Positions 19,604-28,449 of a stretch of 64,000 nt of DNA are shown here, one piece after another. Positions within the stretch are counted from its first letter, which is position 1. Every line of letters starts with the position of its first letter. The position numbers were made by a program, and so were the translations under genes. Under the pieces are notes generated by a model, which saw only the letters and a program-made list of their open reading frames with translations, was not told where the DNA came from and ran no database searches. The stretch is from Phycisphaerales bacterium (GTDB lineage Bacteria; Planctomycetota; Phycisphaerae; Phycisphaerales; UBA1924), in contig OZ245777.1 of assembly GCA_965227775.1 (NCBI GenBank), positions 1,888,001 to 1,952,000 of the forward strand, in the 5' to 3' direction.

Positions 19604-21184
19604 ATGTGGGCGTATGTCCTCCGACGCATCTTGTACAACATCCCCGTGTACATGGGGGTGATCCTTTTTCTGATGATCTTGCTGCGCCTCACCGATCCGG
19701 TGACGGCGTATCTGGGCAAGTTCCCCACGTACGACCAGTACAACACGAAGCGGTCGGACTTCGGCCTCGACCGGCCACTCCTGGGAGACTGGCAGATCGG
19801 CGGCCGCACGTGGGAAACGCGTGAGGGTGGGCTCGGCGGCGAGTACCTCGCGAAGGGCCGCGGCACGGGCAACGCCCACGTGCAGTGGACATTCGATCTG
19901 CCCGCGGGCACCTACAAGGTCCAGGCAACGTGGCCCACCATGCAAGATGGTGAGATCACACGATCCGTTGGCGAGTCGGGACTCGTCTGGGTGCGGCTGA
20001 TCGAAGACGAGATCGCGCTCCGCACTGTTTCGATGGACCAGACGCGTCCGCCGAGGTCCATCGAAATCGACGGCGTCGGCTGGGCCGACCTGGGCAATGT
20101 TGACCTGTCGACGGGCGACCCGCTCGTTGTGCGCGTGCTCGACGATTCGAGCACGGGCATTGTAATCGATGCGCTGCGTATCCAGCCCGTGCGTGTCGAC
20201 GAGGGCGAACTGCCTGAGCCGTTTGTTGCTGACACGGATGCTCCCAACGTCGTGATCGTCGATGACCCCTGGACCATCGGCGGCTGGGGACGGAGCCTCT
20301 GGGACAATCAGTACCTCGCAGCACTCGGGCGGATCGTGACTTTGCGATTCGACCAGCGGAGCTGGTCGGTCGAGAGCCAGAGCGTCGGCGAGATCATCGC
20401 CACGTCGATCGTGCCGAGCTTGTCCGTCACGCTGCCCGTGCTGATCCTCACCACGCTCATCTCGACGAGTTTGGGCCTGCTTGCGTCGTTCAACCGCGGC
20501 AAGCCGCTGGACCGCGGCGTGATGTTCCTCGCCGTGCTGGGGATGAGCATCAGCTACCTCGTGTACGTGATCGTGGGGCAGTACTTCGGTGCCCAGTGGC
20601 CCCGATTGGCCTTCGACATCGAGATTTTCTCCACGTTTGGATACGAGCCCGTGCTACCAATCTGGTCGCAGGTCGAGCAGGAGCTGATCGACAACGGCAC
20701 GGAAGATCCGGGCTGGTTCCGCGTGCTGCTGTCGTGGATCGCTTCGGTGCCAGGCGCATTGGGCAAGTGGCCCTACTACTGCCTTTTGCCGGTCATGATC
20801 GGCGTGATCGTTGCGATGGGGTACGACACGCGCTTCTACCGCGCCGTCATGGTCGAGGAGTGCAACAAGGACTACATCCGCACCGCTCGGGCCAAGGGCG
20901 CGAGCAACCGCCGCGTGATGTACCGCCACATGCTGCGCAACGCGCTCATCCCGATCATCACCCGCGTGATGATCTCGCTGCCGTTCATCATCATGGGCTC
21001 GCTGCTCGTGGAGATCTACTTCGGCATCCCGGGCATGGGCCAGCAGCTCTTCACCGCCATCACCAACAAGGACTTCCCGGTGGTCGAAGCCATTACCGCG
21101 CTGCTGGCGGCGCTGTTCATCATCACCAACATCCTGACCGACGTGCTCTACGCCGTGGTCGACCCGCGGGTCACGCTGAAGTGA
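19604..21184 (+). CDS. DppB/OppB-type ABC permease with an inserted extracytoplasmic beta-sandwich domain
   Basis: YVLRRIL, FGLDRPL, EAA-type loop DYIRTARAKGAS..RV.YRH.LRNALIP, E.YFGIPGMG and DVLYAVVDPR. About 160 extra residues follow GLDRPL. Confidence 0.9.
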   Translation: MWAYVLRRILYNIPVYMGVILFLMILLRLTDPVTAYLGKFPTYDQYNTKRSDFGLDRPLLGDWQIGGRTWETREGGLGGEYLAKGRGTGNAHVQWTFDLPAGTYKVQATWPTMQDGEITRSVGESGLVWVRLIEDEIALRTVSMDQTRPPRSIEIDGVGWADLGNVDLSTGDPLVVRVLDDSSTGIVIDALRIQPVRVDEGELPEPFVADTDAPNVVIVDDPWTIGGWGRSLWDNQYLAALGRIVTLRFDQRSWSVESQSVGEIIATSIVPSLSVTLPVLILTTLISTSLGLLASFNRGKPLDRGVMFLAVLGMSISYLVYVIVGQYFGAQWPRLAFDIEIFSTFGYEPVLPIWSQVEQELIDNGTEDPGWFRVLLSWIASVPGALGKWPYYCLLPVMIGVIVAMGYDTRFYRAVMVEECNKDYIRTARAKGASNRRVMYRHMLRNALIPIITRVMISLPFIIMGSLLVEIYFGIPGMGQQLFTAITNKDFPVVEAITALLAALFIITNILTDVLYAVVDPRVTLK

Positions 21185-21197
21185 GAGGGGCCGGGCG

Positions 21198-22637
21198 TTG
21201 AGCGGATCGCTGCTGGATCGCAAGATCGAGGGAGAACTGGCCGAGGGCAAGGTCGGCTGGTTCACGTCGTTGCGCCGTTCGAGGGCGTTCCGAACGTATA
21301 TGCGCGACAAGGCGGCTGTCGTGGCACTCTGCGTCATCGCCCTGTACATCTCGATGGCGCTGATCATCGTCGGCGCCCAAATCGCCAACAAGCTCTCTCG
21401 CGGAGGGCTGTCGGACACGTTCATCGTCAAGGAGTTCTCGCTCGAGCGTGCGACCGAGCGTGTCGGCCCCGATAGCCTGCCGGGCTTCTTCGAGCAAGCC
21501 GACATTGACAAGCGGCTCGAGCACGCCGACTACATGCTCGCCCAAGTTGAGCGCGAACTGGAACGCGATGATCCGGTTGCGGCGCTCGCGGCCGTGCAGT
21601 TTGCCGAGCTGAGCGTGGTCGACGCCCCAATCGAGGAAATCGAGACGAGGCTCGGCGACGCGTACGACCAGCTCGACGAGGTCGATGTCGTCTATGAGGA
21701 CTACGAGATCTTGCTCGACGACCTCGCCGATGCGCGGGCCGATGCGCGAGAGGCCGCAACACAGGCCGACCGCGAGGCCGCCAGCCAACTGGCCGAGACG
21801 CTCAAGGCAGATGCGGACGTTGCGTATGAGGCCCTGCTGGCCGAGATCACTACGCTGGACGAGCGCGTCGAAGCCGTGTTTCCAGATCCGACTGGCTTTG
21901 CCGGATTCATGTATGACATGCGCCTTGTGCTCGGCACCGACAGCCAGGGGCGATCAATCCTGTGGCGCGCGGTGTATTCCATTCGCGTGGCGACGCAGGT
22001 GGGGCTGGTCTCGGCCATCATCGCCGTCATCGTTGGTGCGTTCCTGGGCGCGACGGCCGGGTTCTTTGGTGGTTGGGTCGACCATTCCATCGTCTGGCTG
22101 TACTCGACGCTGTCCAGCGTGCCGTACATCGTGCTGCTCACGGTGGTCGCGTTCGTGTTTGGCTCGATGGAGCTCACTGTGCCGTTCACGAACGGCGTCA
22201 AGGTGCACCAAACGCTCATACCGATGTATGTCGCGTTCGGCGTGACCTTCTGGATTGCCCCGTGCCGCCAGATTCGCGGCGAGGCGCTCAAGATCCGGTC
22301 GCTCGACTACGTGCAGAGTGCGACGGCCTTGGGTGCGGGTCGGTTCTACATCCTGCGGAAGCACATCATCCCGAACGTGCTGTTCCTGGTCTTCATCAAT
22401 TTCTCGCTCATCTTCATCGGTGCCATCAAGAGCGAGGTCATCCTCAGCTTCCTGGGCATTGGCGTGCAGGGACAGCCAAGCTGGGGCGTCATGATCAGCG
22501 AATCGCGCAGCGAGGTGCTCAACCAGTTCTTCTGGCAGATCGGCACCGCCACGGCGTTCATGTTCGGGCTAGTGCTGGCGTTCAACGTCTTTAGCGATGC
22601 GCTGCAGGACGCCTTCGATCCCAAGCACGCCCGCTGA
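21198..22637 (+). CDS. DppC/OppC-type ABC permease with a large acidic helical insert
   Basis: LGTDSQGRSI, YVQSATALGA...ILRKHIIPN, LSFLGIG..PSWG.MI and FNVFSDALQDAFDPK. Confidence 0.9.
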   Translation: MSGSLLDRKIEGELAEGKVGWFTSLRRSRAFRTYMRDKAAVVALCVIALYISMALIIVGAQIANKLSRGGLSDTFIVKEFSLERATERVGPDSLPGFFEQADIDKRLEHADYMLAQVERELERDDPVAALAAVQFAELSVVDAPIEEIETRLGDAYDQLDEVDVVYEDYEILLDDLADARADAREAATQADREAASQLAETLKADADVAYEALLAEITTLDERVEAVFPDPTGFAGFMYDMRLVLGTDSQGRSILWRAVYSIRVATQVGLVSAIIAVIVGAFLGATAGFFGGWVDHSIVWLYSTLSSVPYIVLLTVVAFVFGSMELTVPFTNGVKVHQTLIPMYVAFGVTFWIAPCRQIRGEALKIRSLDYVQSATALGAGRFYILRKHIIPNVLFLVFINFSLIFIGAIKSEVILSFLGIGVQGQPSWGVMISESRSEVLNQFFWQIGTATAFMFGLVLAFNVFSDALQDAFDPKHAR

Positions 22638-22650
22638 TTCGAACTAACCC

Positions 22651-22685
22651 AAACAAATAATAAACCCACGCCGGGCGGCGTGGGT
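22651..22685. terminator. intrinsic terminator hairpin
   Basis: ACCCACGCC-gggc-GGCGTGGGT, a 9-bp perfect stem. The A-rich flank at 22651-22663 gives a U-rich tail on the minus strand. It lies just after the dppC-like stop. Confidence 0.7.
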
Positions 22686-22703
22686 GTCCGTTTCCGCATG
22701 CGC

Positions 22704-22765
22704 AAAAGAAAAACACGACGTCCGACAGCAACCGGGCGCCGTGTTTAGGAGGAGAGAGACAAGAC
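22704..22765 (-). ncRNA. candidate anti-SD small RNA, copy 1
   Basis: Minus strand: CATATT -10-like box (22772-22777), then TCTCTCTCCTCC, then hairpin AAACACGGCG..CGTCGTGTTT and TTCTTTT. No credible minus-strand CDS upstream. The same architecture recurs at 41502-41564. Confidence 0.5.
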
Positions 22766-22868
22766 AAAGGAAATATGCGCCGGTTTTCCTGGCACGCCAG
22801 CACTTCTTGAAAGAAAATGTTCTCGGGGTGGGTCAGAGACGCCTGGAGGGGTCCGGAGGGGAGTCGAG

Positions 22869-25475
22869 ATGCAAATCGGGCGTCGCTGGCTCGCCATCCT
22901 GGTTTCTGTGGTTGCATTGTGTACGGGATTTGATGCACTCGCGGGCGTCCGAGCCACGTCGGCAGACGCCCGTGTAGTCATTCCCTCTCAGATTCTGCCT
23001 GAATCCCTCGAGACCGGTGAGTGGTCGCTCCTGGTCTGGATCTACGCCGATGAGGCCGTTGACCGTCCGTGTTCGGTGCTTTCGATCGATGGGCACCTTT
23101 CGGTAGTCGCGACTCCGGACGGCCTGACGGTAAGGATGGCCCACCGGCACTACGCGGCCGAGGCCAAGCTTGACACCCCGCTCGAAGCGGGCCGGTGGCA
23201 CATGCTTGCCGTGTCGATGGAGCACAAAGCTCGACGCATGCGTGCGTGGCTGGCAGTTGATCGAGAAGATGCCACTGAGGCAGACATCGCAAGCGCCATG
23301 GTTCGGCTGCGGCGCGAAGGCGATGCACGTCGATTCCTCCGTGACCGCCGGCAAGCCGGTGAGCCGAGGATCGGTCCTCGGGCCGGCTTAGCTTTGCTCG
23401 AGCTGACCACCTCGATGCCGCTCGAACCGGATCCATCGTTGTCGTACGACATCGATGGTCTCATCGTCGGTTCGTCGAACGGGCTTCCGGCTCCGTTGCT
23501 CACGTACGAGTCGCTGGCGATCCGTGACCACGCGATCCGAGTCGAAGACGTACGCGCGGTGTGGCAAAGCCGAGACTCGTACGCGCCGCACAGCCTCGAC
23601 GCGACCGACGACGGCGGGTGGTTGAACGGTTGGCGCGGTTGCTCGTTTCTCGCCTTCCACGCCATGAGCCCGAGGGCAAACGGTCCGGGCGAGGCGGAAG
23701 AAGTTGCTTCGTTCGTCGGTGGGGCAGTTCTGCCGACGAACGTCATCATCCTTGCTCAGCCGCGCGAACGAACCAGGTCGTTCAGCCACTCGTTCATGAG
23801 CGTCGTGCCGATCCGATCGGCGCGCGGATTCGTGTTTGCAAGCCGCCTCGAGCCGCGGCTGGATGGATTCTTCGCTGTTGAGACGCCACCCTTCGATGCA
23901 CCATCGGACGCAATCGGCCCGCTTGGCCCCAAGGCCCGCATGCTCGCGACCGAGCCGGATGGCCTGGTGCGCGTGGTCGTGAGTGCGAACAGCCGCGGCG
24001 TGCGCGGCACGCTCGATCCACAGCCTTGGCCCGAGGGCTTTGCGCATGGTTTCGTTCAGGCGCTCTTGCCTCAGGTTGCAGGAGTCATGATGCGGCCCCC
24101 GACGATCGTTGACCGCCGTGGTGGCTGGTTTGGGCTCGATACGTCGGAGTCAACTCCAGATGTCACGCTGGTGCGTGCGCTACACGCACGCACCGACCAG
24201 TGGGGAGATTGGAGCCGCTTCGGTACGGGCACGCTTCCGGCGGTCAGCCGGGGACCAGGTGCGGCCTCGAATATCTCGGGTGGGGGCGCCTTCCGCTTGC
24301 GGTGCGGGCCGGTCGACGGCAGCCTGCTGCGGGCAGACGCTCCGCTCGTCGTTCGTTCGACGGTGCTGGCGTTTCCTGGCTCGAGCACGCTGCGATGGAC
24401 CCCCGAGCGCGGCTCCATGCAGGACGGACCGGGTCTAGAACTCGAGCCTGCTCGAGAAGTACCCCTCGACACGACGCGCGACGCGATCGAACTCACCGCC
24501 GGTGATCGGTTCGTGGGTGATCTGCAGCTGGTGCTGGATCGGGTCGTAGACGTGCGCGAAGGTGACGCCATCGTTGTTTCGAGCGGTCCGGCACGGGGCG
24601 CGGTGTCAGTCGCGACGGCCGTCGAGATCATCGTTGGACAAACGACGATCACCCTGTCGCATCCTTTCGGAGCACAACCCGGGACCGGGGACCAGCTGCG
24701 CATCGGTCGCTGGAGTTTCGTTTCGATCGAGCATCGCTTCGACCCGGTGCCCGCTGGCGATGATCGTTCGTGGCGGGGGCAGATCCTCCGCGCGATGGAC
24801 GACGAATTGCTCGGCGTCATGCTCTATGCGACCAGCGCGTGGCGTCCGGACGTCGATGGATTCATCTTCGGATCGGCCGGGCAGAGCGGCCGCGGGTACG
24901 AGCCGCAGATGGAAGAGTCGTTCCCAGGTTCACTCGAGGCTTGGGCCAACGAGTCCTTGGTTGACGTGTGGATCCAGGGGCTTGCCCAGCAAAGCTCTCG
25001 TCCCAGCGCGATGCGAGACTATCTGGACGTCCTGCGATCCGGTTTGGATTCTGATGCCGAAGTCATCTGGGCGAGCGATGCCGTGCACGCGCATACCGCG
25101 CACGAGGGGTGGCACCATTATCTCGAAGAAAACGCCGCCGACGCGGGTGTCCCCGCGATCTTCGCCGTTGGCCATCCGCGCGTGGGCTCGTACTTCGCCC
25201 AGGCGGCCAGCGGCATGCGGACCGACGACGCCCACTTCTCCAGCTTTGGCAGCCGGGTGATCGCCGAGGCATGGCTGGATCAACTGCGCTCGCTCCTCGA
25301 CGGTCCATGCGACCGGGCCGACTACAACCGTGACGGCACCGCTGACATCTTCGACTTCCTCGCGTTCCAGAGCGATTGGCAGGACGGCGATCCCCGCGCC
25401 GATCTCGACGATGACGGCGAGTTCACGATCTTCGACTTCCTCGTGCTGATCACCGCGATCGATCAGTGCCCCTGA
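22869..25475 (+). CDS. large secreted protein: LamG-like N-terminus, split SGNH-hydrolase-like core, dockerin-like tail
   Basis: Signal peptide; WSLLVWI..LEAGRWHMLAVS (LamG-like); VVVSANSRG, GSAGQSG and DDAHFSSFG..IAEAW (SGNH-like blocks). Tail CDRADYNRDGTADIFDFLAFQ...DQCP. Confidence 0.7.
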   Translation: MQIGRRWLAILVSVVALCTGFDALAGVRATSADARVVIPSQILPESLETGEWSLLVWIYADEAVDRPCSVLSIDGHLSVVATPDGLTVRMAHRHYAAEAKLDTPLEAGRWHMLAVSMEHKARRMRAWLAVDREDATEADIASAMVRLRREGDARRFLRDRRQAGEPRIGPRAGLALLELTTSMPLEPDPSLSYDIDGLIVGSSNGLPAPLLTYESLAIRDHAIRVEDVRAVWQSRDSYAPHSLDATDDGGWLNGWRGCSFLAFHAMSPRANGPGEAEEVASFVGGAVLPTNVIILAQPRERTRSFSHSFMSVVPIRSARGFVFASRLEPRLDGFFAVETPPFDAPSDAIGPLGPKARMLATEPDGLVRVVVSANSRGVRGTLDPQPWPEGFAHGFVQALLPQVAGVMMRPPTIVDRRGGWFGLDTSESTPDVTLVRALHARTDQWGDWSRFGTGTLPAVSRGPGAASNISGGGAFRLRCGPVDGSLLRADAPLVVRSTVLAFPGSSTLRWTPERGSMQDGPGLELEPAREVPLDTTRDAIELTAGDRFVGDLQLVLDRVVDVREGDAIVVSSGPARGAVSVATAVEIIVGQTTITLSHPFGAQPGTGDQLRIGRWSFVSIEHRFDPVPAGDDRSWRGQILRAMDDELLGVMLYATSAWRPDVDGFIFGSAGQSGRGYEPQMEESFPGSLEAWANESLVDVWIQGLAQQSSRPSAMRDYLDVLRSGLDSDAEVIWASDAVHAHTAHEGWHHYLEENAADAGVPAIFAVGHPRVGSYFAQAASGMRTDDAHFSSFGSRVIAEAWLDQLRSLLDGPCDRADYNRDGTADIFDFLAFQSDWQDGDPRADLDDDGEFTIFDFLVLITAIDQCP

Positions 25476-25579
25476 ACCCAGGCGGGGCTCCCGCCATATA
25501 TCCTCCCAGCCATCGATAGCCGATGTAGGCCCCTAGGCGGGCCGCGCGGCCCGAGTGTGCAGGGGAGCGTGGCGGATCC

Positions 25580-27379
25580 ATGGGCATTGAAGCCTTCATC
25601 GTGCTGGGCATCGTCGCGGCCGTGCTGCTCGCGCTGATGCTCACGCGCATCCCGGCCGACGCCATCCTGGTCGCGGCACTGACCCTCATTCTGGTAGTAC
25701 CGGTTCCGACCAGTGCCGGTCTGAAGCTCGGCGTGCTTGATCCGGGTCAGGCCATCGGCGGGTTCGCGAGCACGGGCCTGGCGACCGTGGCCGTCCTCTT
25801 TGTTGTCGTGACGGGGCTACGCGAGACCGGCGGCATCGACTGGATCTCGACGCGCATCCTCGGCCGGCCCAAGTCGCTGCGCTCGGGCATGGTTCGCATG
25901 GCTATCCCGGTAGCCGGCATGAGCGCGTTCCTCAATAACACGCCGGTCGTCGCGCTCATGATTCCCGCAGTCGGAGACTGGTGCAAGCGCACGCGGCTGT
26001 CGCCCTCGAAGATGATGCTGCCGCTCAGCTACGCGGCAATCCTTGGCGGCACCTGTTCGCTCATCGGCACGAGCACAAACCTCGTCGTCGCGGGCATGGT
26101 TGCCGACCAGACCGCGCTCGATGACATCGGCATGTTTGACATCACCTGGATCGGCGTGCCGTGCGTGCTCGTGGGTCTGCTGTTTCTGCTGTTGGTCGGG
26201 CCGAAGCTGCTGCCCAATCGAGGCTCGCCGGCGAGCGTGATGTCGGACCCGCGCGAGTACACGCTCGAGATGATCGTGCCCGAAGGCAGTGCGCTGGCGG
26301 GCAAGACCGTGGAGGACGCGGGCCTGCGCAACTTGCCGGGGTGCTTCCTCGTCGAGGTCGAACGCGAGGGCGGCGTCATGGCGGCTATGGGGCCCCAGAC
26401 GATCCTGCAGGCGGGAGACCGGCTCGTCTTTGCAGGCGTGGTTGAGGCTGTTAAAGACCTGCAAGCGCTCCGGGGTCTGACGCCCGCAACCGATCAGGTA
26501 TTCAAGCTCGATTCACCGCGGTTCAGGCGACGCCTTTTCGAGGCCGTCGTCTCGCGCACGAGCCCATGCGCGGGCCGGACGATCCGCGAGGGCCGATTCC
26601 GCAATACGTACGACGCCGTGGTCATCGCCGTGGCCCGCGAGGGTGAGCGGCTCAAGGGCAAGTTGGGTGACATCGAACTCAAGCCCGGCGATACGCTGCT
26701 GCTCGAAGCCGACCCGGGATTCGCGGGGCGGCATCGCAACTCACGAGACTTCCTGCTCGTAAGCGCGCTCGAAGACTCGACCCCTCGACGGCACGCCCGT
26801 GCACCGCTGGCCGTCGCGTTTCTGGCAGGCATGGTGGCGCTTGCGGCGCTCGACGTCCTGGACATGCTCGTCGCCGCGCTCGTTGCAGCGGGCGCAATGG
26901 TGCTCACGCGATGCTGCACGGTGACCGAAGCCCGCCGCAGCATCGACTGGTCATTGCTCATCGTCATCGGTGCCGCACTGGGTATTGGCGAGGCACTCCG
27001 CGTGTCCGGGGCGTCTTCTGGCATCGCCAACGGCATCCTCGGGCTGGTGGGGCAGCACCCATGGATGGTGCTGCTGGCGATCTACATCATCACGAGCCTC
27101 GCGACCGAGGTCATCACCAACAACGCCGCGGTGGTGCTGGTGTTTCCGATCGCCGTCGACGCGGCCCAGCGCCTCGACGTCAGCCTCATGCCCTACGTCA
27201 TCGCCATCATGATCGGTGGGTCGGCCAGCTTCGCGACGCCCCTTGGCTACCAGACCAACCTCATGGTGTACGGCCCGGGTGGCTATCGATTTAGCGATTT
27301 CTTGCGAATCGGCATCCCGATGAACGTACTCATCGGCATCACGACAGTGATCATCACGCCGCTGATTTTCCCGTTCTGA
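25580..27379 (+). CDS. SLC13-family permease with two TrkA-C domains (putative sulfate/anion transporter)
   Basis: SAFLNNTPVV, PSK.MLPLSYAAILGGTCSLIGTSTNLVV, two TrkA-C-like domains and ASFATPLGYQTNLMVYGPGGYRFSDF. Confidence 0.92.
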   Translation: MGIEAFIVLGIVAAVLLALMLTRIPADAILVAALTLILVVPVPTSAGLKLGVLDPGQAIGGFASTGLATVAVLFVVVTGLRETGGIDWISTRILGRPKSLRSGMVRMAIPVAGMSAFLNNTPVVALMIPAVGDWCKRTRLSPSKMMLPLSYAAILGGTCSLIGTSTNLVVAGMVADQTALDDIGMFDITWIGVPCVLVGLLFLLLVGPKLLPNRGSPASVMSDPREYTLEMIVPEGSALAGKTVEDAGLRNLPGCFLVEVEREGGVMAAMGPQTILQAGDRLVFAGVVEAVKDLQALRGLTPATDQVFKLDSPRFRRRLFEAVVSRTSPCAGRTIREGRFRNTYDAVVIAVAREGERLKGKLGDIELKPGDTLLLEADPGFAGRHRNSRDFLLVSALEDSTPRRHARAPLAVAFLAGMVALAALDVLDMLVAALVAAGAMVLTRCCTVTEARRSIDWSLLIVIGAALGIGEALRVSGASSGIANGILGLVGQHPWMVLLAIYIITSLATEVITNNAAVVLVFPIAVDAAQRLDVSLMPYVIAIMIGGSASFATPLGYQTNLMVYGPGGYRFSDFLRIGIPMNVLIGITTVIITPLIFPF

Positions 27380-27418
27380 AGCCCTCCTCGTTCCCCGGCC
27401 CGGTGCTAGCCTGCGGCG

Positions 27419-28291
27419 ATGGCCGCAACTGGAAACACCGCTGGAGAGAGTGTTGCCGCTTCGGGCTCGCCGTTGCCCGAAGGCGTACGGCCGGTCGTGG
27501 TCGCGTCGCATCGGAGATCGGGCACGCACCTAATGCTTGACTTCCTCCGGCGCCAGTTCGAAGCGTGCCAGCCGCCGTTTCGATTCGGCGTCAATCCACA
27601 CCGCTACCTGTACTTTGTGCTCGACCGGTTTCGCCAGGACCACAAGCACCGCGTTGGTGTTGACTCATGCTTGCAGGTCCTGCGGACTATGGACACGCCG
27701 CCGCTCAAGACGCATAGCACACCAGACTTCCCCGGTTTTTCTGAGCAGGGTCGAGCGATCAGCAAGGCCGCGCTTCGCGAGGGCGTGGTGCTGTACTGCG
27801 TGCGAGATGTCCGTGCCGTGCTGGCGAGCTTGCACGCCTTCGAGCAGATGAACCAGAACACAGGCGCCAAGTCCCTGTCTGATTTCATCCGCGAAGAGCG
27901 TCCGGGCGGGAATCGGGTCAAGATCTGGGCCGACCACGTTGAGGCTTGGGCGGCGCTTCGGCCCGCGGTCCAGTTTGTGAACTACGAGCAGATGGTCGGC
28001 AATCCGGCCTCGATGCTCGACGTGTTGGCGCAGGCGCTGGACAGAGAGCCCCTCCGCCGCCAGCCGCTGCTGCCTCCGAAGGTGAAGCACCGCCGACACC
28101 TCTGGCTGGCGCGCATCAAGGGCTTCCCGGATAGCACGAATGTTATAGGACGTACATCCTCTATGAAGATCGAGGACTGGCGTACCGCCTATTCCGACGC
28201 CGACCTCGAGTTCCTCGACGCTCATGCGGGCTCAACCATGCGAGAGCTGGGCTACGTGACGGGCGACGATTGGAGCACGCCCGGCCGCTGA
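27419..28291 (+). CDS. sulfotransferase domain protein
   Basis: 5'-PSB-like VASHRRSGTHL, LKTH, 3'-PB-like YCVRD.RAVLAS, V.YE.MV.NP and C-terminal DWR..YS...MRELGY. Confidence 0.8.
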   Translation: MAATGNTAGESVAASGSPLPEGVRPVVVASHRRSGTHLMLDFLRRQFEACQPPFRFGVNPHRYLYFVLDRFRQDHKHRVGVDSCLQVLRTMDTPPLKTHSTPDFPGFSEQGRAISKAALREGVVLYCVRDVRAVLASLHAFEQMNQNTGAKSLSDFIREERPGGNRVKIWADHVEAWAALRPAVQFVNYEQMVGNPASMLDVLAQALDREPLRRQPLLPPKVKHRRHLWLARIKGFPDSTNVIGRTSSMKIEDWRTAYSDADLEFLDAHAGSTMRELGYVTGDDWSTPGR

Positions 28292-28449
28292 ACATGGGGC
28301 CGCTCGGGGGCGAAGTGCAGACCTGGAGCCGCGCCGCTGGGCTGTGTTTGGCTGGGCGGACGTTCTAATATCCCATTCGCCCGCGGGAAGGCCTGAGGCC
28401 GCGGGTTTCGCGAACGTGGAACGGAATCCAGGCCCTTCAAGGAGCGGAC

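Noticed and set aside
17663..19945. 760-aa minus-strand ORF, and similar long antisense ORFs such as 6..887, 6194..7450, 13242..14222, 28252..29508 and 32304..33485
   Set aside because: Shadow ORFs opposite well-supported genes, as expected in high-GC DNA; no recognisable motifs.
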